64,000 nucleotides of DNA from a virus (Duplodnaviria; Caudoviricetes): positions 31,278-95,277 of IMG/VR virus record IMGVR_UViG_3300029305_002828; one strand, 5' to 3'. A program made the translations under genes and the position numbers. This document shows positions 36,457-46,762 of this stretch, piece after piece (the stretch's first letter is position 1; each line of letters starts with the position of its first letter). The notes beneath the pieces were generated by a model that ran no database searches, was not told where the DNA came from, and was given only the letters and a program-made list of their open reading frames with translations.

Positions 36457-36757
36457 AATATGCCATACGATATACAGATACAGAATCTTTAGCTACTTCC
36501 CAACCATCATAGTTCCACATGTATTGAGGAGATCTAAACTCTTCAGGTACATGCTCATTGGTAATCTTGATCTTGATTGCTTCAATCTTAGCAGTGATAG
36601 GAATTAACATCTGCTCAGCTTGTTCATACTTGACCTGATCATCAATCAGCTGTAGAAGTAAACGCTCACGAATAGTCTGTTTAGTCAGAAGATCAGATAG
36701 TTCCTTAGCAAGTTCCTCAGGAATCTGGAAACTTCCAACAATGATTTGCTCTGCCAT
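36455..36757 (-). CDS. Small protein resembling CXXX-repeat modification system accessory protein (TIGR04116-like)
   Basis: 100 aa; N-terminal IVG..IPEE, long helical hairpin, C-terminal WNYD...VSVY; resemblance judged from memory of the family. Confidence 0.45.
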   Translation of the reverse strand: MAEQIIVGSFQIPEELAKELSDLLTKQTIRERLLLQLIDDQVKYEQAEQMLIPITAKIEAIKIKITNEHVPEEFRSPQYMWNYDGWEVAKDSVSVYRMAY

Positions 36758-36791
36758 AATGAATATCCTCCTTATGTTTCAAATTATCTTA

Positions 36792-37769
36792 TCAGATTAA
36801 CTTTAAGAGTTCCCCTCTGAAGCTTTTAATATTTTTAGCTTCTTTAACCATGTCAGCTGCAGAGATAGAAATAATGTTATTACCATTCAATAGAGTATTC
36901 ATCATGAATAGTAAATACTCAATATTATCCACAGCAAGCATGGAAGGAATATAGTAATAGTTAATCCAATTAGATAAGAAGGTCATCAAGTTAATAGCTC
37001 TCATTCTAGGAGTTGCTTGTTTCATTAACTCCAAAAGATCACTAAACTTTTGAGGATCGGCATTATCATAAATATTCTTGATCTCTGCATACTTCATCTC
37101 ATCAATGAATCTGAAATGCTTCTTAGCTAGGATCTCAAGATTCTCAGGACTATCATTTGCATTCATGATCCTAGTCAAGAAGAATCTACCAATCCAATAT
37201 TGAACAGTATCAAGTACTACCTTATCAGCAGCAATAGAGAATTCTCTATTTAGAATTCTAATTACCAACTTACAATATACTTCAAGCAGTAACTTTTGTA
37301 GATACTGATTAGAAGCTAATTGATCATAATGAGTCTTTAGACCATTAGCTACCAAAGCACCAGTCAATAGATCACGCAATACAGGCGCTTGCATACTCAT
37401 TACACCATCTCTAGTAATCGAGATATATTTATCAACGAATACATATGTGACATAACCACGAGGTGTTTTAAAGGTAATAAATGGAAGAGCTTGAGTAACA
37501 CTTAATGTTGGAACGTTATTATAGATCAATACAATACGTTCATCATCAAATGCTTTCATAGCAGCTCTAGTAAGAGTATCTGTAATTTGTTTTACAGAAA
37601 TATAGGCTGCTTCAATATCTTCATTTGTTAATTTTTTAGCAGTCTTAATTAAGTTAATAGCTTTTTTAGTTACAGAATCTTTACCTCCAGTATTATTTAA
37701 ACCATGATCTGGGTCATTAAATATTTCAGAGGTAATAAGAGAAGATTCATAAAACCCTTTAATTGCCAT
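36792..37769 (-). CDS. Hypothetical protein (possibly virion)
   Basis: 325-aa ORF, AAAGGAG RBS, GACC-N6-TA upstream. Confidence 0.65.
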   Translation of the reverse strand: MAIKGFYESSLITSEIFNDPDHGLNNTGGKDSVTKKAINLIKTAKKLTNEDIEAAYISVKQITDTLTRAAMKAFDDERIVLIYNNVPTLSVTQALPFITFKTPRGYVTYVFVDKYISITRDGVMSMQAPVLRDLLTGALVANGLKTHYDQLASNQYLQKLLLEVYCKLVIRILNREFSIAADKVVLDTVQYWIGRFFLTRIMNANDSPENLEILAKKHFRFIDEMKYAEIKNIYDNADPQKFSDLLELMKQATPRMRAINLMTFLSNWINYYYIPSMLAVDNIEYLLFMMNTLLNGNNIISISAADMVKEAKNIKSFRGELLKLI

Positions 37770-37803
37770 CTAGAACATCTCCTTTCTAACATTAAACTCT
37801 GGT

Positions 37804-38076
37804 CTATCTAAAACTCTCTTTGAGTGAGTAGATAATTACAGCAATATGTTGAGGTACTGAGGAGTCGCTTAAGAGTTGGACATTATTTATGTTATAATCA
37901 TTTCCTCCATGAGTATAGGCTTCATTTTCAAGATTTATAATAAATTCATTAATATCCCTTTCGAGTAGTCCAAGCTCTTTATGTTTAAGAATTTTTACAC
38001 GAGTCATATATTTATGCACCCTCTTTAATAAATTATTCTGGGAGTGCAAAGACCTCATTACTTCCAAATATTGCAC
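37804..38076 (-). CDS. Hypothetical protein
   Basis: 90-aa ORF overlapping the exonuclease 3' end; start uncertain. Confidence 0.5.
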   Translation of the reverse strand: MQYLEVMRSLHSQNNLLKRVHKYMTRVKILKHKELGLLERDINEFIINLENEAYTHGGNDYNINNVQLLSDSSVPQHIAVIIYSLKESFR

Positions 38077-38965
38077 TTTTCCCTATATAAATCGGTTCAC
38101 TTAACAATGAGTAGTTGAACACATTTATTAGAGAATGGATCTCGAGTTCTGTTATGATATCCATAATTTCTTTTCCATATTCGGTATCTTTATTTAAACT
38201 TTCATTAGTTAACCCAATGAGATTGTAGTTGGTAACAATAGTTACTAGTTGTCTAGTTAAATCTAAACTAGACTTACCTTTAGTAAGCATTCCCTGTAAT
38301 CCAGGCTTAAAATCATTAAGATGATTATAAATATTTTCAATAGAATCATACTGTTGCATTAGTCTTAATGCGGTTACTTCACCAATTCCCTGAATACCAG
38401 GAATATTATCAGACGTATCACCTTGTAACATCTTTAACTCAATCCATTGGTTTGGCATTAATTTATACTTTTCAATTAAGTATGCAGTATCGATTACATC
38501 ACTATTACGTGGAGATAGAATAAATGTATGATCGTTAATTAGTTGATAAAGGTCTCGGTCAGATGAAACAATTAGAGCATCCATATCATTATCAACTGCA
38601 TACTTTGATACCATACCAAGGATATCATCTGCTTCATATAATTCATTATTTAACATTGGATATCCTAGTAATGAAAGTATCTGACTTACATATTTCATCT
38701 GATTCATTACATCTTCATCTGTAGGTTTACGTTGAGCCTTATAAGGTTTATATAATTTTCTTCTAAAAGTCTTATCTCTACTTAAGTCAGATGCAAATAT
38801 AATATAATCAGGCATAAAGGATTCTTTTAACATCTTAAGTTTAAAGAAAAATCCCTTTATAGCATTTACATTCATACCCTTTGAGTTAAATAATTTCTGA
38901 CCATAATATGAAGCAAAGACTACGTTATTGAAGTCTATTGCTAAAAGTAACTTTCGTTTCTCCAT
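38033..38965 (-). CDS. 5'-3' exonuclease / flap endonuclease (PolA N-terminal-like)
   Basis: LLAID, FRRKLYKPYKAQR, YEADDILG, SSDRDLYQL, LQGDTSDNIPGIQGIGEVTA. Confidence 0.93.
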   Translation of the reverse strand: MEKRKLLLAIDFNNVVFASYYGQKLFNSKGMNVNAIKGFFFKLKMLKESFMPDYIIFASDLSRDKTFRRKLYKPYKAQRKPTDEDVMNQMKYVSQILSLLGYPMLNNELYEADDILGMVSKYAVDNDMDALIVSSDRDLYQLINDHTFILSPRNSDVIDTAYLIEKYKLMPNQWIELKMLQGDTSDNIPGIQGIGEVTALRLMQQYDSIENIYNHLNDFKPGLQGMLTKGKSSLDLTRQLVTIVTNYNLIGLTNESLNKDTEYGKEIMDIITELEIHSLINVFNYSLLSEPIYIGKSAIFGSNEVFALPE

Positions 38966-39032
38966 ATCAGATTACTCCCTTTCTTACAAATATTTCATAT
39001 ACCTTTATACGAGAAAATAATATATAAATTCA

Positions 39033-39066
39033 AATAGATGGAGGGAGATTGCTCCCTCCATCTATT
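39033..39066. terminator. Hairpin terminator
   Basis: AATAGATGGAGGGAG-loop-CTCCCTCCATCTATT. Confidence 0.7.
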
Positions 39067-39071
39067 ATACA

Positions 39072-39896
39072 TTAAACAATCTCGATAACAAATGGCATAT
39101 CTTTTCCGTTTAATGTTATCCTAACTATACTATGATCTAGTACACCATATGATCCTGTCATATTATAAATAGGAGTTTCCATATCACGAGCTATACCAAT
39201 TGTTGCGCATGTATCAAAGAATTCATCTCGCTCTTTAACTGGAAGGAGGATATATGGATTCAAATCAACACGTTTTCTATACAAGGTTTTATCAGGATAA
39301 ATAGTAGGATCGATGAAAGGTTTGGTATTAAATAAATTATTCCATCCAGCAAAATAATACCCATAATCTTCAAATAGTAAATATCCATAAAGTTTAATAT
39401 CGAAGCCATCTAGCTTACCTACATCATAAATGTTACTAAATTCCGATACTATCTCATCTTCTTTTTCTTTACCCTTATTATTACCTGTAGCTTGACATAC
39501 ATTGAATAATTTACCATCTTTATTCACAAAGTATAGTCTACCTTCATACATGATAGTTCCTTCCTCTTCAGAAAGTTCTCTCATATATTCGAAGACAACA
39601 CCTTTTTGAATATAATCCATTTCTCCAGCTGTATCACCTGTAAGTTTAAATTCATAAGGAATTTTAGGATTATATTTCAACCTAGGATTATCATGATGAA
39701 TACGAGATTTATTCAATGTATAAATTAATTTAAATCCAATAATGTTATCTAGATCAATACTCTCTTGGTGGGTTAATCTCCATACACCATTTACTTTACC
39801 CCAACCTTCGGTGTTATTTCTCCAGACTCCATTAACTTTAGAAGCTGATTCCATGGTGTCTCGATATACACCATTAATTTTGTTAGACACAGACAT
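39072..39896 (-). CDS. Tail-fibre-associated protein with three K(I/V)NGV(Y/W)R repeats
   Basis: KINGVYR, KVNGVWR, KVNGVWR at the N-terminus; directly downstream of the long fibre gene. Confidence 0.55.
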   Translation of the reverse strand: MSVSNKINGVYRDTMESASKVNGVWRNNTEGWGKVNGVWRLTHQESIDLDNIIGFKLIYTLNKSRIHHDNPRLKYNPKIPYEFKLTGDTAGEMDYIQKGVVFEYMRELSEEEGTIMYEGRLYFVNKDGKLFNVCQATGNNKGKEKEDEIVSEFSNIYDVGKLDGFDIKLYGYLLFEDYGYYFAGWNNLFNTKPFIDPTIYPDKTLYRKRVDLNPYILLPVKERDEFFDTCATIGIARDMETPIYNMTGSYGVLDHSIVRITLNGKDMPFVIEIV

Positions 39897-39908
39897 ATGA
39901 ATCCCTCC

Positions 39909-40292
39909 TTACTTAGAATACTTAGATTCCATCCACTCATCATATGTCATTTGAGCAAGTGTAACAACATTAATGGTTTCATAGGTTACTGGAACGATTT
40001 TACCAGGGAATGGAGTAACTTTGCGGGTTACTTCATCAATACCGACAACGATTGTATATCCTTCACCTATCTCGATTTTCTCTGGATTACCTCCATCTTC
40101 ATCCTCTTCATAAGTATAGATGTGAGCAAGACTATCAATATCCCCAAAGATCTTTTCAAGAGTTTCAATAGGAATGAGTTTAGGATCTACTTCGATTGTT
40201 AATACATCCCTAGTGATTCCTTCGAAATTAACTGGACCTCCGAGAATTGTTAATACATCAATTCGTATAGCATTAGCAAGTTCTAAAACCAT
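39909..40292 (-). CDS. Hypothetical protein, possible fibre assembly chaperone
   Basis: AAAGGAGG RBS before ATG 40292; follows the fibre gene. Confidence 0.5.
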   Translation of the reverse strand: MVLELANAIRIDVLTILGGPVNFEGITRDVLTIEVDPKLIPIETLEKIFGDIDSLAHIYTYEEDEDGGNPEKIEIGEGYTIVVGIDEVTRKVTPFPGKIVPVTYETINVVTLAQMTYDEWMESKYSK

Positions 40293-40312
40293 AAGTCTTA
40301 CCTCCTTTCTAC

Positions 40313-43300
40313 TTATGAGAATCTGAACCAAATATCGCCATTACGTCCACCACTAGGTCTATTAGGAGAAATGACAACATTTCGGAGAGATCTTTGCTCA
40401 TAATTACGAGTAGTTTTAACGATAGTTTCTTCAGGAAGAATAATATCTTCTGCTAACTTCCGACTGGTGATTGCATGATCCTGAATCTTATTTGTAGAGA
40501 CTGCATCATCGATAATCTTTTCATTTGTAACAGCATTATCTTGAAGCTTCTCTTTAGAGATTACATAATCATATAGTCTTAGCTCATCAATCAATGGGCC
40601 TTCGAACAGAGTTCTACTACTAATAGCACCAGTACCAATCTGGTTTTCAGTAATAGCTCTATCAGTAATATGACGATTTTCGACAGATAGATCACCAAGC
40701 ATCTTTGCAGTTACTTGAGTCCACATAGGACTATCTCCTGCAGTATGGACACCAAGGATACGTTCATCATTACCAGAAGAGAATAATGTACGACCATTGA
40801 TTGCTCTATCTCCAATCATTTCATTATTAGCCTGGAGATATACAGGAGAACTATTTGCAGAAAATACACCAAGTAATCTATTATGTGCAGCAGATGTAAA
40901 TAGTTTAGCACCAGTAACTGCACGATTCTGAAGATGAGCAGTTGTTACAGATCCTTGAGGAATGATTGTAGCAGAACTAGATCCAGAACCGGTACCAGGC
41001 ATACTTCCGCCATTAATTGCATCAGTGATACGATCAAGTACCCATTGACAATCAGGTATCTGTTTACCACTACCATCAGCATCAGATGCATTAGGGGAAG
41101 GTCTAATTTCAACCTCAGGAGATCCAAGTAAATGGATACTACGTTGAAGTTTATTAGTAGTTACTGCTCCATTAACAATTAGATCTTCCTCAATAAGGAT
41201 AAATTCAACTTCACCATTAGCAGAAGTGATACCAAGTACACGAGGACCATAAGGATGTGTAAATAGTTTTCTTCCATCAATTCCATGATCAGGAATATCA
41301 TCGAAATCAAATTTAGGAGGCCATCCTTCAATAGACTCACCAGTTAAGAATTCAACGATTTTATGATCAACAAATGTACGAACCCATGCAGTATTTGCAA
41401 GCTTAAGATCATTAGAATCTGCAGGAGGAGCATAAGTTAACTCAGGAGTACCAATAAGTACAAAGTCTCTTTCAAGTTTTTGAGGTTTAATAGTACCATC
41501 AACAATAAAGTGATGAGAGATCATTGTATACTCAGGAGGTACACCAGCTTGAGTAGCTGCTAATACATGATAAGGATATTTAGACTTAAAGATTTTCTCT
41601 TTAGTAACAGCTCCATCCTCAATCATACTTGTAATTACCTGAGTCCACATAGGTGTGGAATAAGGCAACCCAGCTACACCGAGTACACGTCCAGGAATAG
41701 GAGAAGTTTCAATTTTTGCAGGGGTAACTTCATTATCCTTAATATGTTCTTTAGTGATAGCATCCTGCATGATATTCCTAGACTCAATTGTAGCATCATC
41801 AATATTAATTCCCTTAATACCCTTCTCAGCAATGTTGATAGATTTGATAGTCTTTTCAGCAATCATATCACCAACAAGTTTAATCCAAGTAGGATTGTAT
41901 CCACTCTTGGTTAGGCCAAGAATTACATTATCATACTCAGATGTGAAGAGTTTAGACCCATCAATAGCTCTATCAGCAATCATCTGGGTCATTACTTTAC
42001 TCCACTCAGGTAGAGAATCTTTTAGACCAACTGCAAGTACTTGCTGACCAACAGAAGAAGATTGGAGTTTAGTTGTAGATAAACTACCATCCTTCACATG
42101 TTTAGTATCAACGGAGTTAGGAGCTAACATATCTTCAGTAACTTGAGAATATGTAGGATGTCCATCATCTGTTAAAGCTGCTAATACTCGATTAGCTTCA
42201 TGAGAAGGATAAATCTTTTCAGAAGTAATAGAGGAATCCTGAATATGAGCAGTACCAATAAGATTTTTATTGAGATGACGATCTTCAAGAATCTTATCAG
42301 AAAGCTTATCAGGGGTAATATTTTTATCAACAATATTTCGTGTCATGATAGAATTATCTTCTAGCATTTCATTGTTAATAGTACCCCATTCAGGATTAGC
42401 ACCAGGAATAGTTACAACCAATACTCTATTTCTTGCTTGAGAAGTAAATAATTTATCTGCGGTAACTGCCTTAGGAGCAATATTAGAAGTTTCAATTGTT
42501 AGACTCTCTTTAGCAAACTTTCTAATCCATCTAGTATCAGCGATAAGATTATCATCTGCACTGTCATTGGGAGTATTACGAAGTCTGGGTCTACCTTCTA
42601 ACATTAAATCTTCAGCAAGTAAGTCAGAAGTAACATTGCGTTCTTTGATCTTTTGAGTAGTTACTGCATCATTAGCAATTTTCTCGGTAGTAATTGCAAA
42701 CTCAGCAATCTTAGAAGTATCAATTGCTTTATTAGCGATCTTATCATATGTAACAGCACCTTTAGCAATATGGCGAGTTAAGACCGCATCATAGGCAATC
42801 ATATCAGATAGAACTTGAGTCCATACAGGATTAGCATCTGCTTTTAATGTTGCCAAAATACGATAGTTATCACCAGCAGAGAATAAAGTTCTACCATTAA
42901 CTGCCCTATCTGCAATATTTTCATTATCAACTGCAAATCTATCAATCTTTTGAGATGTAATACTACGATCAGCATATTTAATGGTAGTAATAGATAAATC
43001 TTGGATCTTACCTGTTCCTACTGCTTGATCTTTAATAGTTCTACCAACAATAGCATGATCAGCAATATCTGTAGACTTAATACTCTTTGGATTGATAATG
43101 GCTTTGATAATCTGGTTGCCAGTTACTTGGTTACCATCAATTTCAACTGTAATATTAGTACCAATTGAACCTACATACCTAATATATAGGTCAGCAAGAC
43201 TTAATCTAGAACCACTACTATCATTATGGATTAAGACTAACTCCTTCTTATCAAAGTCATATGTGATATTTTTAATAGATCTACCAAGAGGACTATCAAT

Positions 43301-44197
43301 TTCTAAAATAGATCCATTACGATAAACCAATTCAAGTTTACCAGTCTCAGGATTATATTGAATATTGGTGACAAAGTTAAGTTCACCAACATCATCCGTC
43401 ATACTATTGAATAGCTGAGCTAGATGATCAATAGCTGCCTGAGTAGCAGTAGATACAGGTTTATCTAAGTCTCTAGTATTATCAACATTACCTAAACCAA
43501 GGAATGCTGCACTAATACCATGAGGATTACGAGAATTAGCATGCTCATCAAATGCTTCAGCAGATGCTGCACCAATTTGAGCAATAGTAATATGATGAGG
43601 GTTATTCATATTTGTGACATGGTTATCTACTTTAGTCTGTAGAATACCAATCTCGTTAGAATGTCTCTCATCATTACCATCCATCTTATTGGTTAAATTA
43701 GTTAAGATTTTCGATAAAGCATTTTGGCTAATTAATCCATTATCATCTGATCCTAAAGAATTATAAATATTAGGTCTACCAATGATATCAGACCACCTAA
43801 CATTTATACTTGAATCAGGATTATTAGGATCAATACCAATTTTTCTAATTAAGTCACCAACTGCTTTCTCAGTAGGAATTCTATCATTAGATTGATCTTT
43901 TTCTTCCCATGGAATTTCAGTGGTTATCTTAATAGAACCAACTGCACCAGCCACTCCACCATATGTCATTAGATAATTAGCAGGTTTAGCAGGAATTAGC
44001 AATTGTCTATTCTTTAATTCCTGATGAAGTTTCTCTAATGCTTGAGTGAGAGTTTCACTGTCTTCATTAGTCATATCTCTTCTTACTGCATCAAATACAG
44101 TAATAGGAAATGCTAGTTTATAATTCAGATCAGGTGGTACAATTGTCGGATCAATATATGATCTAGATTGAATTATTTCATGACCAATAAGTCCCAT
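40313..44197 (-). CDS. Long tail fibre-like protein
   Basis: 1294 aa; NPHHIT/NPHGIS, LGLGNVDNTRDLDKPVS, many (I/L)AD.A(V/I)T..K repeats, repeated RVL.....P.W..V..MI module, terminal PSGGRNGDIWF. Confidence 0.75.
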   Translation of the reverse strand: MGLIGHEIIQSRSYIDPTIVPPDLNYKLAFPITVFDAVRRDMTNEDSETLTQALEKLHQELKNRQLLIPAKPANYLMTYGGVAGAVGSIKITTEIPWEEKDQSNDRIPTEKAVGDLIRKIGIDPNNPDSSINVRWSDIIGRPNIYNSLGSDDNGLISQNALSKILTNLTNKMDGNDERHSNEIGILQTKVDNHVTNMNNPHHITIAQIGAASAEAFDEHANSRNPHGISAAFLGLGNVDNTRDLDKPVSTATQAAIDHLAQLFNSMTDDVGELNFVTNIQYNPETGKLELVYRNGSILEIDSPLGRSIKNITYDFDKKELVLIHNDSSGSRLSLADLYIRYVGSIGTNITVEIDGNQVTGNQIIKAIINPKSIKSTDIADHAIVGRTIKDQAVGTGKIQDLSITTIKYADRSITSQKIDRFAVDNENIADRAVNGRTLFSAGDNYRILATLKADANPVWTQVLSDMIAYDAVLTRHIAKGAVTYDKIANKAIDTSKIAEFAITTEKIANDAVTTQKIKERNVTSDLLAEDLMLEGRPRLRNTPNDSADDNLIADTRWIRKFAKESLTIETSNIAPKAVTADKLFTSQARNRVLVVTIPGANPEWGTINNEMLEDNSIMTRNIVDKNITPDKLSDKILEDRHLNKNLIGTAHIQDSSITSEKIYPSHEANRVLAALTDDGHPTYSQVTEDMLAPNSVDTKHVKDGSLSTTKLQSSSVGQQVLAVGLKDSLPEWSKVMTQMIADRAIDGSKLFTSEYDNVILGLTKSGYNPTWIKLVGDMIAEKTIKSINIAEKGIKGINIDDATIESRNIMQDAITKEHIKDNEVTPAKIETSPIPGRVLGVAGLPYSTPMWTQVITSMIEDGAVTKEKIFKSKYPYHVLAATQAGVPPEYTMISHHFIVDGTIKPQKLERDFVLIGTPELTYAPPADSNDLKLANTAWVRTFVDHKIVEFLTGESIEGWPPKFDFDDIPDHGIDGRKLFTHPYGPRVLGITSANGEVEFILIEEDLIVNGAVTTNKLQRSIHLLGSPEVEIRPSPNASDADGSGKQIPDCQWVLDRITDAINGGSMPGTGSGSSSATIIPQGSVTTAHLQNRAVTGAKLFTSAAHNRLLGVFSANSSPVYLQANNEMIGDRAINGRTLFSSGNDERILGVHTAGDSPMWTQVTAKMLGDLSVENRHITDRAITENQIGTGAISSRTLFEGPLIDELRLYDYVISKEKLQDNAVTNEKIIDDAVSTNKIQDHAITSRKLAEDIILPEETIVKTTRNYEQRSLRNVVISPNRPSGGRNGDIWFRFS

Positions 44198-44265
44198 TAA
44201 TAATCACTCCTTCTTCTATAGATTTTGTGCATAATATTAAAGAAGGGTTTGGTTAATAAAGAAAA

Positions 44266-44295
44266 CAATAGGGAGCGGAATTCCGCTCCCTATTG
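44266..44295. terminator. Perfect palindrome terminator
   Basis: CAATAGGGAGCGGAATTCCGCTCCCTATTG. Confidence 0.7.
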
Positions 44296-44304
44296 ATATT
44301 GTTA

Positions 44305-46692
44305 TTATTGATACTCGTAGTCATTAACATTGAGGGTGAGATATCCACCACTGTATGCTGTAGACTTCTTGTAATTCCATAGATCATAGTCATAGTTAAT
44401 ACCAGAATAATCAGGGAATGCCACGTATACTTCAAAGTCATGATGTCCATTATCCCTAGCATATTGCATACGTTCATCAATCTGATTAACGATAGCAGTA
44501 GGAATTCTAACATTAACAACATTTTCAGAAATAGGACCATTTTGACTATTAGATCCATCAGCATACCAGGTGGTAGTGAAATCAATACTAATGCTATCAG
44601 AACCTTTGTCAAATGTACATACTTCAGCAAGATTCGGGAAAGAATTTGCATTCATGGTTACAGTATTACCACTTACAGATGTACTAATACCGGTTTCCCA
44701 ATATCCATTAGATAGATAGATGCCACCATCAACATTAGGTAACTCTATTGTTTTAGTTACTATTATCTGACAAGTAGCAGTTGCGGACTTGTAGTTAGTG
44801 CTCTCAGCAATAGTTGCAGTGAATCTATAAGTTGCATCAGCATTGGGAAGAGATACACTTCTACTATTACCTGAACCGGTCGGGTTATAACTAGTATTAT
44901 TACACTTAACAGTTGCACTTAATCCAGAAGGAATTCCAGTAAGAGTAAATGTTACAGTACCTGCACCCTCAAGAGAAGTGGTATTAGGAGTAATCTTAAA
45001 TCCACTAATGGTAGCCTTAGTAATACTCCAAGACTTAGTGATAGCTGTAGTACTACCATCACTCCACTGATAGTTAGTAGTATCAGGTAAGCTTACAGTT
45101 GCAGTATAACTTCCTGCATTTGTAGCACTTACATTACCACTTACACTAAGTTTACTATCAATATTGGTAATTACAGTCTTAGCGCTTCCATCATAAGTGT
45201 AAGAAGACGTACTTACAACAGTAGGTTTACTAATACTTTGTTTAGCAATAGTCCAGTTGACAGTTTTATTAGTCATAGTACCATCAGACCACTGGTAGTT
45301 AGTTACATCCTTCAATACAAAGGTTGCAGAATGAGTACCAGCGTTAGTGGCACTATTACCACTTACAGTCATTAAGCTGGAATTGTAATTATTGAATGTC
45401 TTTGTCTGCTGAGACCCATTGTAAGTAAGTGATGTATTACTTGCAGTAGGAACAGTTACAGACTGTTTCTTGATTACCCAGTTTACAGTCTTAGGCTCAC
45501 TGGTACCATCAGACCATACATAATTATCTTTCAAAGTAAATGTTACAGTATAAGTACCTGCATCAATTCCATTGGTATCACCAGACATAGTCATCTTATT
45601 AGAATCATAATTTATGAATGTGGGAGTCTGTGTATTACCATTATAAGTCTTAGTGCCACTTACAGTAGGAATATTAGCAGTCAATTGAATGATGGACCAG
45701 TTAAGGGTGATCGCCTCAACAGACTTATCAGGCCAACAATAACTAGATTTAGGAGTAATAGTAACTGAGTAAGATCCAATTGCAGTAGCTTCCTGATCAC
45801 CAGAGATATCCATAGTATTGGAATCAAATCCAGTAATGGTAGGAGTAATCACATTACCAGTATAGCTTACTTGACTAACAATAGTAGGTTCATTAATTAC
45901 TGCACGCTCAATGCTCCACTGAACAGTCTTAGAATCCTTGGTTCCATCAGGCCACTCATACTTCTCAGTAGGAGTAAAGGTAACATTGTAAATACCTACT
46001 TCAGTAGCACTAATATCTCCAGAGATAGTTAACTGTTCAGGATCATATCCATTCCAGCTAGGAGTTTGTTCCTCACCGGTATAACTTAGAGTTTCTGCAA
46101 TTGTAGGTACTCCTTCAATATCAATCTCATCAATATCGATACTAATAGTACCAGTTACAGACTTAAAGTTGGAACTACCAGAAGTAAACTTCCAGCTTAC
46201 TACCGCAGGATCACCAAGGTTTACAAATTCTTCATCAGTTGTTAACCATGAGAAGGTACCAGGAACCTCAACACCATTAAATGTTGCTTCACCAGTAATT
46301 TGAACAGAACTCAATAGTTCATTGAATTCAATATGGTATGCAGTATCAGGCGTTACAATGGGTTCAATAGGATTAATTGCCCAGATGACATGTACAGGAT
46401 CGGTAGTACCATCTTCCCATTTAGCAGTAGGATCAATTAGTGTAAATGTGGTATCATAACTACCAGCATCTGTAGCACTAAGATCGCCGCTCATAGTCAT
46501 CTTTTCTGTATCATAATTTACAAATACAGGACTAATAACTTCTCCAGTATATTCCAATACTTCATCAACAGTAGGAATCTTTACTAGAGGATTGACAATA
46601 TTAAGAATCGCTGTACCTTTAACAGGCTTAAATAATCTAGTATTCTCAGGATTAAATGCCCATTCAGCAGGTGCTTGTTTATAAATATCCAT
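44305..46692 (-). CDS. Ig-like/MBG-type repeat surface (decoration/adhesin) protein
   Basis: About six 73-aa repeats Y(T/N/D)G..QTP...SG...AT.AG.Y.VTFTL...Y.W.DGT...V.W.I. Confidence 0.75.
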   Translation of the reverse strand: MDIYKQAPAEWAFNPENTRLFKPVKGTAILNIVNPLVKIPTVDEVLEYTGEVISPVFVNYDTEKMTMSGDLSATDAGSYDTTFTLIDPTAKWEDGTTDPVHVIWAINPIEPIVTPDTAYHIEFNELLSSVQITGEATFNGVEVPGTFSWLTTDEEFVNLGDPAVVSWKFTSGSSNFKSVTGTISIDIDEIDIEGVPTIAETLSYTGEEQTPSWNGYDPEQLTISGDISATEVGIYNVTFTPTEKYEWPDGTKDSKTVQWSIERAVINEPTIVSQVSYTGNVITPTITGFDSNTMDISGDQEATAIGSYSVTITPKSSYCWPDKSVEAITLNWSIIQLTANIPTVSGTKTYNGNTQTPTFINYDSNKMTMSGDTNGIDAGTYTVTFTLKDNYVWSDGTSEPKTVNWVIKKQSVTVPTASNTSLTYNGSQQTKTFNNYNSSLMTVSGNSATNAGTHSATFVLKDVTNYQWSDGTMTNKTVNWTIAKQSISKPTVVSTSSYTYDGSAKTVITNIDSKLSVSGNVSATNAGSYTATVSLPDTTNYQWSDGSTTAITKSWSITKATISGFKITPNTTSLEGAGTVTFTLTGIPSGLSATVKCNNTSYNPTGSGNSRSVSLPNADATYRFTATIAESTNYKSATATCQIIVTKTIELPNVDGGIYLSNGYWETGISTSVSGNTVTMNANSFPNLAEVCTFDKGSDSISIDFTTTWYADGSNSQNGPISENVVNVRIPTAIVNQIDERMQYARDNGHHDFEVYVAFPDYSGINYDYDLWNYKKSTAYSGGYLTLNVNDYEYQ

Positions 46693-46712
46693 ATAGATCT
46701 CCTTTCTAGAAA

Positions 46713-46747
46713 GAATATATCGGGATATTTGTCATCCCGATATATTC
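46713..46747. terminator. Hairpin terminator
   Basis: GAATATATCGGGAT-loop-ATCCCGATATATTC. Confidence 0.6.
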
Positions 46748-46762
46748 AATTATTGTATTTTA

